Assembly (NCBI GenBank): GCA_026025075.1
Contig: JAPEUI010000094.1
Location: 1-63,934, forward strand
Origin: Vezdaea acicularis
Taxonomy: Eukaryota
DNA length: 63,934 nucleotides
Reading direction: 5' to 3'
Shown: positions 37,164 through 49,449 of the stretch, piece by piece
Position numbering within the stretch: the stretch's first letter is position 1
Layout: the number at the start of each line of letters is the position of its first letter
The notes under the pieces: generated by a model
Told to the model about the DNA's origin: nothing
Seen by the model: the letters and a program-made list of their open reading frames with translations, nothing else
Database searches by the model: none
Program-made: the position numbers and the translations under genes

Positions 37164-38304
37164 CCTGATATAGTGGTATTGATACAGCCGTGATCTCAGC
37201 AGTCTGGGCAGCTTGAGCTGAGTAAAAAGTTTATGGGCTATAACATAAGCATGTCAAGCGATAGATAACTAGGGAAAGCAGCTTTACGGCATTTCCCTGC
37301 TCTAGTCTGATAACCTTCAGGCCCGTGCCATTATTATTGGCACATACAGGGGTGTAGCGGAGACTATCAGACGTTGCTCAGCATTCTCATTCTTGTTTCC
37401 AATTTTGCCCTCTGACTATCATTTCATGCTGTGCTACATACTTCGTGTGGAATCACGCCATCTTCGGGTTGCACGCAGCCTTTAGACCTGTCTAGTGCAT
37501 TTGGCAATAGTGTTGAGATCATCACTATGCACAGGCTGCAAGCTAAGTAATACATGGGTCAAGAAACCCGCAGTTTGCATCAAGTCATAGTGGTTGTGAC
37601 ATCAACTCGCAACATCGGAACCCCAGATTCTGACGACATGACACTGTCGTCCCCCGTAACGCTAGTGATGCCAAGAGTCAAATCCCTGTCAGACATTGGT
37701 CGGCGGATCTGAGCGATCTGATGAGGTTAACTTAATCTTCATCGAAATCAAAGGCCGATCGGTAGAACCCATTGTGATTCGAAGAACAACGCATACACAG
37801 AAGCACGTACTAGGAAACTTCTAGCGCGCCTTCTCCAAGATAGTGCAACGATTCTGAATGCCAGCGTAGCAGCCATATTCGATACGAGATTATGATGTTC
37901 CTGGAGATCATCTCCTGCATGATGAAGACTAGGGAGACGCCGGCTTTTTGCCCTCAAAGCCTAACCGCATGGATGCCATCGTCCTCACTTGCCTGCTGTT
38001 CTTCTTGTGAGGTGCTACAGGTGCGGGAAAGGGCTTTGCACTAGTCCACAGCGGATACTAACTTAGGAACTGCGCTCATTGATCCGTCATCCACTCAGGG
38101 CTTCGACCTACCGTTTCTAGACTGCCCATGGGCTCTAGAGGCGACATCCTTGCGGGACGGCTCTATAATAGAGCCTTCGTGACGTTCGTAAGCTCTAGCG
38201 TATGTGGAAGGGCTTGAGTACAGTTTATCAAACTATTCGAGGCTTTGTTGTCAAACCTTAGCCCAAACGACTCAGTCACAGTCTACATATCTCATCTCGT
38301 CAAG

Positions 38305-39918
38305 ATGTCTGATATGCAGGCATCAGTTTTAGAGACGAAGAACGGCTTCCATGTATCTGGTTACGAGAAAATCGACTATGGCTTCCAGTTTATCAGCGGC
38401 ATCTTCGACATTGCCAATCCTGATTTGGCTAACCAATACAAATCTTGGGGACGGGTCTTGTGAGGACTCTTAACTGGTGACGTTAAGATTAGCTGCTAAC
38501 ATCATCTTCGTCAGGGCTGTCACGGACTTGAATGTATTTAATATATACGGGGACGAGATGGAAGCATACTTCAAGCAATATGGCCTGAAGTTGAAGATCC
38601 ACAAAACCAAGATTGGCGAGAAAGCCAAAACTATCGATACCTTCTTAAGTATTGTCGACTCCATGACGGAGTTTGGCATCTATCGAAAGGTACTCAGAAG
38701 TATCCTGAGCTTGCTTCACAAACAGAGCTTACATTCACTAGGAGCCAGTCTTAGTCGTCGGTGGAGGACTCGTCACAGACGTCGCCGGGTAAGTTTAAAA
38801 GCAAGGCCAGTGAGATCCATTTCGAGGCTGATCCCTTAACCTCCAGATTCGCCTGCGCAGCGTACCGCCGTAACACCAATTTTATTCGAATACCTACGAC
38901 TGTAATTGGCTTGATCGACGCTTCAGTCTCCATAAAGGTAGCGGTCAATTATGGTAACTATAAGAACCGATTAGGTGCTTATCATGCGCCAATAATGACA
39001 TTCTTGGACTTTAATTTCCTCAAAACATTACCAATTGCCCAAGTGCGTAACGGCTTTGCAGAGTTGATCAAGATCTCCACCTGTGGCCATCTTGAGACCT
39101 TCGATCTTCTGGATAAGTATTGCGAAAGCCTCATAGAGTCAAAGTTTGGGCGCAAGGATGGCACACCCGCAGCAATTCGCGAAGTCGCGGATAAGATCAA
39201 TAGAAGTGGTATATATGAGATGCTGAAGCTAGAGACGCCAAACCTTCATGAGATTGGGCTTGACCGAGTCATTGCCTATGGTCATACGTAAGCAGCTAGT
39301 TCATTGTAAATGGAACCGTTAACTAAATCGTGTCACAGGTGGTCGCCGTTGCATGAGCTGACTCCCCAAACCCCTTTGCGCCACGGCCATGCAATCTCGA
39401 TCGATATGGCGTATTCCGCTACCTTAGCAAATAACAGAAAGTTGATCACTGACACTGAGCATTTCCGGATATTGAATCTCTTCTCCCGTGCAGGTCTGTC
39501 CATGGATCATCATCAATTCGACGAAGAGATGCTCGCCAAAGGTACTGCTGCTATCATGAAGACCCGTGATGGTAAACTTCGTGCCGCTGTGCCAAGTCCA
39601 ATCGGAACTTGCACATTCTTGAATGATGTAAGCGCCTCCGAGATGAACGACGCGCTCAGACGGCACAAACATCTCATGCAGGAATACCCTCGTCAGGGAG
39701 AGGGATTGGAAGCTTACGTTGATTCCTCTGATACCGGTTACACGGAGAACGGAAAAGAGATTGAGGCAACTATAAAGACGAATGGTGTTACGAACGGCGT
39801 CAATGGTCACAAATTCAGCAATGAGCCTAGCAAGTCCATGGGTGTTGATAGTGCCGGACTCCTCAATAGGACGAATGGTATCATCAATCATCCGGTAGAA
39901 GGAGTGGTCGTACCTTAG
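38305..39918 (+). CDS. Demethyl-4-deoxygadusol synthase (sedoheptulose 7-phosphate cyclase, MysA-like)
   Basis: Five exons. [85 protein letters not shown]...VIAYGHTWSP (DDGS-type PNLHE signature), [11 protein letters not shown]. Confidence 0.95.
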
Positions 39919-40279
39919 AGAGCAGTTTTAGCATAGTATTATATAGGCCTTCCGCTGCGTTTGAAGCCTATAGAATTATGGCATATTGAATGGACCTTCA
40001 GGTGATTGCAAGATGCATTCTCGCGAAACAAGAAGCTCGTCTTTGTCTTTCGCGACGTGCAAGATTCGTACGACCGCAGGGCAGAAGGTTTTTCTCTTTG
40101 GCCCACTAAAGTCACAACAACTCATTTGAGAAAAATCGCGATCGAATGAAAAGTCCCAAGGGCTGGTGCAGCTTCTATGTGCGCTCTCTTAAAATGACGT
40201 CATATTTATCTAGGTTCTCCACTCTGAATATGGCTATAAGGGTGACTATCCCGCGTGAGGGCGCTGGTAGACTGCAAAT

Positions 40280-41776
40280 ATGGCCAAAAACGACCTTCCT
40301 GTGCTCTCATCTGGGATGAACAGCTTCGTTCTTCTGATTTTGTCCCTCATCTTTCTTCCCTTCGACACCTTTATCCTTTTTTATAGCTATGCCCTTCGCC
40401 CTCTATTCTCGCGGCGTTCTCAACGCGCCAGTGCGCTCCGTGACCCCGCTTTCACCCCACGAACAGTTCTTATTACAGGCCTTTCCATGGCGAAAGGCCT
40501 TGCACTCGCGCGCGCTTTCCACAACACGGGCCACTCCGTCATTGGCGCAGACTTCGAAGACTATCGCATCCCTGTAAATGGTCGCTTCTCTCGATCTCTC
40601 AAAAGATTCTACAAATTACCACGCCCTACTGCTGGAGAAAGTGGAGGGCTAAAGTACATCGAGAGTCTCCTATCGATAATTACGAGTGAAAGTTGCCAGC
40701 TCTGGGTGTCGTGCTCAGGCGTAACGGAGGCGAGCGAAGATGGGGAAGCGGCCGAACTGATCAAGCGATTGACGAGGTGCAAGGTGGTGCAATTTGAGCG
40801 CCAATTGGTGGACACCCTACATGAGAAGCAATCGTTCATAGAGAAGACAAAAGCGCTGGGCTTACAGGTCCCAGAGACGCATCCCGTGACGTCAACAGAG
40901 GATGCCCTACGGCTCCTTGAGAGCAAGAAAGACGAAGAGCGGTACATCCTCAAAAGCGTGCACTACGACAATGCAACGAGGGGCGATATGACACTCCTTC
41001 CTCTTCAAACGCCGGCGAAGACAGAGGGGTACTTGTCAAAGCTAGATATCTCACTGTTGAACCCGTGGGTCCTGCAGCAGTTCATTTCAGGCAAGGAGTA
41101 TTGCACGCACGCTCTCGTCCTGAAAAACGAGATCAGGGCGTTCGTTGCATGTCCCTCCAGCGACCTGCTAATGCATTATCAAGCGCTCCCAGTGGACTCC
41201 GGACTCGCCCAATCGATGCTAGCGTTCACGAAAGAGTTTATGAGAGGAATCGAAGAAGAGATGACAGGACATTTGAGCTTTGATTTCTTAGTGAGGGAGA
41301 AAGCGACGAAGAATGGGGTCGTGCAAGTCTTGTATTGTATCGAGTGTAACCCAAGAGCGCATACTGCTGTTGTGCTGTTTGAAGATGTAGCAGACGTTCT
41401 AATTAGGGCTTATATGGATCTATTGTTGCCAGAGTTACCTTTGGACGATGGATTTGTAGGGAATCCGGCGTTTCTCAAGGAACCGAGGAGTAAGTATTGG
41501 ATTGGCCATGATTTGGTCTCTTTCGTGTTACATCCACTACTAAAGCTATTGGCTGGACGTGGTAGTTTCAAGCAATTCCAAGAAAGCATGGGCGTCTTTA
41601 TGGAGCATGTTTTATTTTGGAGGGATGGTACTTTTGAGCTCTGGGACCCCTTACCTTGGTGGGCGCTGTACCATATCTATTTCCCCGCGCATTTCCTATT
41701 GGCGATCTTTACAGGCAAAAGGTGGAGTAGAATAAATGTGAGCACTTCGAAATTCTGGTTACTGGCTGATAGTTGA
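40280..41776 (+). CDS. ATP-grasp amino acid ligase (mycosporine synthase, MysC-like)
   Basis: Intronless 498 aa. Hydrophobic N-terminus, VLITGLSMAKGLALARAF, GRFSRS, LHEKQSF, YILKS, WVLQQFISGKEYCTHA, TGHLSFDF, IECNPRAHTA, YWIGHDL, WDPLPWW. Confidence 0.92.
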   Translation: MAKNDLPVLSSGMNSFVLLILSLIFLPFDTFILFYSYALRPLFSRRSQRASALRDPAFTPRTVLITGLSMAKGLALARAFHNTGHSVIGADFEDYRIPVNGRFSRSLKRFYKLPRPTAGESGGLKYIESLLSIITSESCQLWVSCSGVTEASEDGEAAELIKRLTRCKVVQFERQLVDTLHEKQSFIEKTKALGLQVPETHPVTSTEDALRLLESKKDEERYILKSVHYDNATRGDMTLLPLQTPAKTEGYLSKLDISLLNPWVLQQFISGKEYCTHALVLKNEIRAFVACPSSDLLMHYQALPVDSGLAQSMLAFTKEFMRGIEEEMTGHLSFDFLVREKATKNGVVQVLYCIECNPRAHTAVVLFEDVADVLIRAYMDLLLPELPLDDGFVGNPAFLKEPRSKYWIGHDLVSFVLHPLLKLLAGRGSFKQFQESMGVFMEHVLFWRDGTFELWDPLPWWALYHIYFPAHFLLAIFTGKRWSRINVSTSKFWLLADS

Positions 41777-41883
41777 TGAAGGAAAGGAGTGGACTAGATC
41801 CCGATCTTTTCAAGTAGGTTATGTATATACCTATCAATCATCGCTCGTGCGGCTTTTCAAGTCGTTCGGCTGCCATGGGTTCT

Positions 41884-44800
41884 TTAGCCAACCTCTTCGT
41901 TGATTCCCATGCTTCTCTCCATCCACCGATAAATGAGTTTAAAATGTTCCTCAGTAATCGGGCCGACTTTCTTGAGCGTTGGTGCCACCTGCTCGGTATA
42001 TCTGGTGTCAAATGTTAAGTTTGTCTTTGCTGCTGCGGAGGATATATCGGGAGCGTAGCTCTGCCTCCAAAGATTCAATAATCTAAGGCTCGGATGACTT
42101 TCTCCTCTCGCTTCCATCGACTTTAGCCTCTCAACCCAAATTGATGGCGGGACGATGTCGAAATTCAGAGGCGAAAGACGACGAAGCCACGCAAGGAGGT
42201 CGACCCATCTCGCGGTTTTGTCATTGTTAAATAGGTGGTACACCTGAATTTTCGATTCATCTTCGCTTCCGAGCTTATGTCCACTGCCATGAGTGGCAAT
42301 CTCGAGTATTGCGGCTGCTGCAAGATCTATCGGAAACCATGCCAATACCTTATTCCTCAAGTTAATTAGAGTTCGCCCTCGCGGCACGTTGATTAGGTAT
42401 CGACTAACATCATCAAGGTCTGGTAAAGACCTGGTCCTGGTCATACTCGAGAGCATTAAGGGCCAAGCTTCATTAGCGTTCCAAATCCCTTTCTCGGTAT
42501 CTCCACAAAGCTGGCCAACCCTTACTATTACTATACGGCCACGTAGACGAGTGCTGTTTTGTGCTTGGTCACACATTTTTTCCGCAACCCATTTTGAACG
42601 TGAGTAGCCAAGGCTTGATGCAGATTCAGGATCGTTGTAGATTTTTTCCAACACGAGGTTATTTGGGGAGGCATTTATCACACTGGCCACAGATGAGCAG
42701 AATAAGAAGGCTGGTGGCTTTTGTCTTGGGGATTGAAGAGAGAAGTTGATAAGGTTTTGGAGGCCGCGGATATGATCTCTTACGAAGCTCTCAAGCGGCA
42801 TGCTAAAGTTAACTGCCCAAGCCGCCTAAAGTAGAGAAGCTATTAAGTAGTATGATAGCTCAGACTTATGGAGATTGAACTTACGTGAATGACAAGAGTT
42901 GCTTGGCTTAAAATATCGTTGTGCTGATCATTACTTAGACCTAGCCTCGGGTCCACAATATTTGCCTCGATGCAGATGACTCGATCGCTCGAAGGGAGTA
43001 ACGGGGGTTTTCCTCTTGCCAGTAGACTTCTGCAAACCCTGGTTAATGGTGAGCTCTCTCCTTTCTGGCGCACAAGGCAGTAGACTCGGTGTACATCCTC
43101 TCGCATCCGCAGCAAGTCTAGAATGTATGCGCCAAGTGCGCCTGTAGCGCCTGTCAGAATCTAATGACTGTTACCATTACTTCACTCGTATGGCAAATCT
43201 TCTATGTCTTACCACAGTCTCACCCTGCGGCTCGTGGATAGCTCCATTGGCGATGATTCCAGAATGCTCCGAGCTGTCAAATTTGCCATAATCTTCAGCT
43301 AATCTTTTCATAAGCTTTACATTATCCGATTTGGATGGAACACAATTATCTCGAAGACGTAAGAAATATGTTATCAATCTACTCATACTTAGTATCAAGA
43401 GAATCTACACAAACACAGAACTACATACCGACGGAGGTTTACGTTATCATATACGACATTCAAGGGTAGTATATTTATGTGCAGTTTCTGCTGCCATGCT
43501 TAGCTCCATGGAAAATACTGATTAGGAATTATCTCTTGCCTTTTGAAGATTCGTGCGTATTCTGATGCATACAATCGAATCGATCCCAGCTAAGAAGAAG
43601 TCTGTATCCATATCTAGATCATGTATTCCCGAAGCAAGTCGTACTGTCTCGCAGACAGCATTCTCGATAGCTTTATCGGTCATCGGATCGAAGAAAACCT
43701 CCTGGGGGTACGCATCCGATTCTTTCAGTCTTTCGTAGGCCTGCGAGATCTCTTCTTGAAATCTCTCCTCTACAGCGCCACGCAGAACCGTTCCCTTGCT
43801 ACTCTTCTCGTAGAGCAGTTTCTCAACTGGAAGAGCGATGAGCATATTTCGGGCAAGCCTTGCATGGTGCTGGCTCTGTCTATTTAAAGCTTCCACATTA
43901 GGCCAGATAGCTGAAACGAGCTCCTCATCAGTGAGTCCTGCTCTGGCCTGCGATCGAAACAGGAGGGCGCCAGGAAAATTTCGGCCATTTCCAAAGAGAA
44001 CGACGTCGTCGATCAGCGACAAGGTACCAAGAGCAGCTTCCAACGGAGCAGGATCGAACTTTTTTCCCGTGACTAAAGTTAGTTGGGAGTCGGCTCGAGA
44101 GTGATACCGCCAAGCATTTGGAATAACAGGATGAGGGATAAATAGGTCTGATGTAGCAAAAGACCCATCCGTACGGTTGGTCTTAGCCTATTTTGAAGTA
44201 TAAGTCGAGGAATGGCTAGCTCTCACGAATTGCTCACCAAAAACGGCCAATCTGGTAGCACGACCAACTCGAATGTACCATCACCTTGTGGCTCAAAGGC
44301 TAGGGACCTCGTTCCTTGCGGACAACGAAGGTACTGCCACTCAGTATCATGGCTGTAATCGCGGTGAGAACACAACAGGACTTATCAAAGGTGAGTAAGG
44401 AGAAAATCTCAGAGGTTGTAGAATACACTGACAGCCACATTCTATGCTGCCAAACCTCGAAACTAAATTTATCTTCTCTGAGACGAGGTGGTCTCCTAGT
44501 GACGCAGGTAACGCAGCGCCTCCTACACCGACAAGGTCCATTTGCTTTAGCAATGCCATACCAGCGTCATCTTCGGCCATCATTTGCAGGACATACGGCA
44601 CTGAGGAGAAGCACACTATTTCTCTATCAATCTTCGCTTCTTGAGCGGCCTTCAAACATCTGATGATATTTGTTGACGTGATAGGCATCCTCCCTGGAAA
44701 AAGCCAGATCATAGCGTCGCTTGTCCAAGCTCGAAATACGTCAGCGGTACCCCCGTGATAGAGAGGAGTCGTCGTAAAAGATGCGGTCTTTCGCTGTATG

Positions 44801-45648
44801 CTTGGGAGACATGGCAGTGCCCCAACTGCTGCCCTGTGGGTCTGGGGAATTGGTTTCGGGAGTCCAGATGATGTACCAGAGGTGTGATGCAGATAAGCGA
44901 CATCAGTCTCTTGTGCCGTATAGGTGGGTCGCCATGCTATCGTCCCTTGTGGAGACGTCTTTAACGTGTCTTCAGTGGGAGCGGGAAGAGAAATGGCTTT
45001 CAAAGGTGCAAGCAATAAGTCGTAACCATCCAAAGATGCTAGAGCAAAAGCATCGTGGGCTAGCTTGCCGTAAGAAGCATCGAAGAAGAGAATATTGATG
45101 GTACATGTCTTGCATAACTGTAAGACTGCTTTCGGCTGACATTGAGGCCTATCAGGCTAGTGAGTTCAAGGGTTTGGCATATTGATGTGCATCAGATGCT
45201 ATAAATTGGAAGACAAACGCTATGAGCAGGGTACTGAAGCCAAGTCTCAATAGACCCAGCCACGAGAGGAGAAACTCTGCAGAGCTAGGACATAGCAGCG
45301 CCACGCAACAGGACTTTATATCCACGTTGCGATGCTCGACTGCCACTTGCATCAGGTCATTAAGCTGTTCAGCCGTCGTCAAAGAAGCATCGCGAAGCTG
45401 CTTGAAGGCTGGAAAATCTATTAGGGTAAATCAGATATTCGAGAGGTCTTCAGATTACTCAAAACACGTGCATCCCATTTGCCACCTTCAGTGTGTGAAG
45501 GATATGGTAGACCGACCGCCGGAGTGGATGGACATTTTTGAGCTTGAAAGTCTAAGAATTCGTTGACAGTAGAGTATTTGTGGGGGCTCTGTTTATTTAG
45601 AACAGCAGCGTGACCGAGAGTGCAAGTGAAATAGTTAATTTCATCCAT
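41884..45648 (-). CDS. NRPS-like enzyme with A-T-R architecture (carboxylic acid reductase type)
   Basis: About nine exons splice into one frame. A domain AYLHHTSGTSSGLPKPIPQTH, PLYHGG, SRFGSIECG, FATSDLF, TGKKFDP; carrier domain DFFLAGIDSI; reductase ILTGATGALG, IHAAWAVNF, GYSRSKWVAE, RVGQLCGD. Confidence 0.92.
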
Positions 45649-47329
45649 CGTCTCTATACAAATCTGTATATATTGCGAAGGTATTATAGAGCAGTGCAAG
45701 TTGCACTCCTTGACTGGACTCCAAAGATGACGCCTACATTACCTAATTACAGCGCCAACATACGAAGGATACCCCTTATCCTTTGGTCCTCTGGTGCAGC
45801 CGTTAGCCAAAACAAGCTCTTAAATAGCATGTACTCCGCTGGATCGTTTGCTCCAACGCTGGTTAAGCTGAATCATAAGGCTTAGAATCATTGATCCGAG
45901 TAGTTTGCTCGCTTTGTAAATTTTTGACCAATCAGAATCGATTTCGCCCCAAAACCCTGTCTTCTCTTGGGTTAGAAGGCGAAGAAAGTGTACGTGTAGG
46001 TCAGCTGAATGACAAGTCCCAACGCAGAATGTTTGCGCGAGTCATGCAGGATAGGAGCAGTAGGCGCCAAAGGAAGATTCACAGATAGAAGTACTCGATA
46101 GATGTTTATGTTGTTGATTACTCGAAATCTATGCTAAGTGCTTCCCCATGGTTCTATCTAGGCACGGCGACATCATGTTGGCTCGGCGCAGAGCCTGTTT
46201 GCAACACGCACTGGACTTGGTACAGCGGTTTCAGGGAAGGACCAGCTGGGCGTATTGGCTTCGTCTTACAGCTAAGCCCGGTCTGCTTAGTCAGCCTGCT
46301 TTTGGGACTGGTACAGCCCAAGTAACGGGCTGAGTAGATTGGTGACAATTTCACGACTTCACGCCAATTTTAGCTAGAAAGAGTATACTAAGTCATCCAA
46401 GAGTTTTCGAGCAATATTCACCAAGGGTAGAAGAGACGAGAAACCATTAGTGTCATAAACCTAGTCCACCAGTGAAGGTGGTTGCTTTGGTCGCTCGCTC
46501 ACTCGCCATATGGCTTGTGCATACTTGTACTTGTGCCTTCGATGTTTTGAGCAGGGACGAAATATTTGAATGAAGAGGGCAATTTGACCAAATTCTTTGT
46601 GTACCTCAAAAGTCTTGATAATCCTTTAGACGTCTGCTCCAGTATTCCGAGACTCCTTATGAAAATGATGAGCCCCAGACAAGCTTTGACTCTGAACATA
46701 ATAGCTTGGTGAAGAAATTGAGACAAATAGAATAATGAAAGCTCCACCAAACCATTAGCCTCATGCTTAAATAGCACAGCTAGTCACTAGCTGCTCTCTG
46801 AGTATTATGGCCGGTGCCTCAAGTCCCGTTTCCGCCATAACTCGGACGTCTGAGATGACTATACATCGAGATTCTGTTAGTATGATTGGGGTCACCGCTA
46901 CTATTTCCCTGATGAACTGCAGGGTCGAAGTAGCAACGCTTGCATGCGATGATGAGTGCCCCCTTGTCATAACAAGAATTGCAATGAGTGCTACGTAATG
47001 TCAATGGCATGCGATCGACAGCTCTCCCTGTAAGATTCGAACATAGAGCTGACTACAAGGACATAGTCAGCTGACGTAAATCACGGTAAGCATTGCAGGA
47101 ATAATGGGTTGTCGATAGTATGGGGTCGTTTTCGAGCAAGCGAGACATAGAAATTTCTGTTTCAAACCATGCTTTGCAGGATCTCGCAAAATTGTACCAA
47201 ACATCTCATAGCACCACAAACCCGCGCTTAAAAAACCCCATACAAGTGAAAATGAAAACTGTAGCGCATAGGCTAACTGATCCGTAGCATTCGCACTATA
47301 GTAAAGCCAGGGCTCTGATAAGGCGACTT

Positions 47330-49449
47330 CTATGTAGCGGTCGGATCTAATGTGACAGCCAGGGCAAGTATGGCACCAAGGCCACCAATCACGATTCCCC
47401 CCAATGCTGTTGCGAAACTCAATGGGCGTGACGTAGTTTTGGCCTTCTTTCTGGGCGGTTCCTCGGTCTGAATTGCATCGGCTTGAGAATTAGAGCTTGC
47501 TCCCGACATTTCGAGCCGAATCAGCTCATGCCCTAGACCTTCAGGGTGTATTCCCAACATAGTAATATCTTCTGCTACTTGTAGTTCCGGAGTCTTATTC
47601 CTTCGTTGAAGAGGGGCCTGGCAGGCTTGTTCTTCAAAGATGGAGGTAGGGGTTTTCTCGAAAGTGGCCCATGACTCATCTTCGGGGTTGATCAAAGTGG
47701 AGATAGAGATAGCTTTCCTCTTTTGACCCGCTACAGTCGGCAGGGGGGAAGATGGAATTGCTGTCTTCGTACAGTGAGTTACCGCTTTATAATCTCCTGA
47801 GGGGCTGGGCCCAACTCCAACTGAGGAAATTGGCATGAAGGTCGAGATCGGTGGTATAGCTGGAGTACCTGAGAACTGTCTTCGATTCTCTTCACGGGAG
47901 CTGAAAAACATGCCTTTCCCGTGTTTATCATCCAGCTCTCGTGCACGCGCTGCCCTGGTGGTGTTGTCGTCGAAAGTACCGAGGGAGCTATGGTGTTGGG
48001 TTTCAGCAAACGATGAGTACTGTACACTATCAAGAACTTCATGTATCTCCTTGGCCGTCTTTTGTTCGAATGCATATAGCTCTTCTGTCGTGAGCGAAGA
48101 AGTCTCTTTGAGAGGCCCGGGGCTACTTGAAGTGCTCTCCGCGGCATTTCCTCCAGTCGAGTTAGCGCTGAACCATGACTCGCCGGGGATATTAGAATAA
48201 GTTTTGGGCAGCGGGGGATCTATGTTGAGCTCGGATAGGTCATCTTCCTCATCCGTTATGTCTGCGTCCTCATCGGAGTCAAAGACTTCGTCGGACTCTT
48301 CTCCGGAAACATCCCATCCGCAATCACGCGACGTAAAACTTGTTGGGTATCGCGGCACTTTAGTGGACGCAGATCCCGTCAAAGCATCCGCACCAATCTG
48401 CTCTTCCGGCGTCTGTTGTATATTAAGTGGGAGCTGGTGGAATATAGGCTCCATAATTGGTCCTTCCAAGGAACTATCTTCATCGCTACTGTCGATCAAA
48501 ACAGGGTTGTCGATGTCTTTGCCCGAGAAACCTGTATCCCTTATGGTGCTGCTATCTCTAGCATCTGGCATTGCCGGAATAGACTCTGGATTCATAGGTG
48601 GGCTCGAGGGTGCAAAGGTTTGGTTGAAGCTATCTTCATCCTCACTAATAGATTCTTCGCTCGCCTCAGCTTCCTCATCCACATCGTTATCGTCTGAATC
48701 CGGTACACTGAAGCGGTTGCTTGTAGCCGGATTTGAATCTGGCGTAATGGGCCTAGACGACTATGGTCAGTATGCCCCATGGCTCAAACCAAAACTTTTC
48801 ACAGAGGAGGTTCTTACCTTATCGAGTTCCAGCTGAACTCGACACAGAAAGATCGTGCAGGAAATACCTCTGATGTGAATAGTTAGTATTGGATTTCCTA
48901 TAATAAGATGAGAAACCTGCCCAAGCCACGAGAGACTTCACAGCCAAACTTTATAATTGAACCGTTCTTGATCTTCGTTGCCACATGTTTCTCTAGTCGC
49001 TTTGAATCGATAAAGCTACCATGCATAGATGCAGTATCGGTGACATACACAGCCTTCACAGCAACATCAGTATGGTCTTTAGAAATATGAGAATTTTTCG
49101 TACTTGCGGAGATGATGTGAAAGATATCTCTGCGTGTGATCTGGACATGACAGGGCTATCGAACCAAGCGTTATCGGCGGAGGGGTGTATATTCTTCACC
49201 TCGCTCCGTGATGATCTACCCACTTGCAAAGTCTGAGAATCCGACGTGAGAAGTATCGTACGAATTCGCGGATCCTCAGATGGTCCGGTTGGAGTCAAAC
49301 GGAGCTCAAGTGCTTGGGAGATATTAGCTAAGGCTTTGTTCGGAGCTGTTCACTCAAAGAAGGAGCTAAAGTGGTAGAGCTGCCGCAAAAGGCCACAAGA
49401 TCGAACTTTGGATCTTTTACAGGGTTGGCCTACCTTGATTACTTGCCAT
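47330..49449 (-). CDS. FHA-domain protein with an acidic low-complexity middle and a C-terminal TM anchor
   Basis: Spliced 5' exons give LQVGRSS, FDSPVMSRSHAEI and DTASMHGSF (FHA GR / SRxH / SxxG motifs). Long last exon ends FATALGGIVIGGLGAILALAV. Confidence 0.8.

Noticed and set aside
38305..39918. 3-dehydroquinate synthase, or EEVS (gadusol/aminocyclitol pathway)
   Set aside because: Stand-alone gene with the PNLHE/AYGHTWSP pattern and O-MT plus ATP-grasp neighbours fits DDGS; fungal DHQS is part of AROM.
45700..47300. Short ORFs between the NRPS-like and FHA genes as a fifth cluster gene
   Set aside because: No coherent ORF, splice model or motif.
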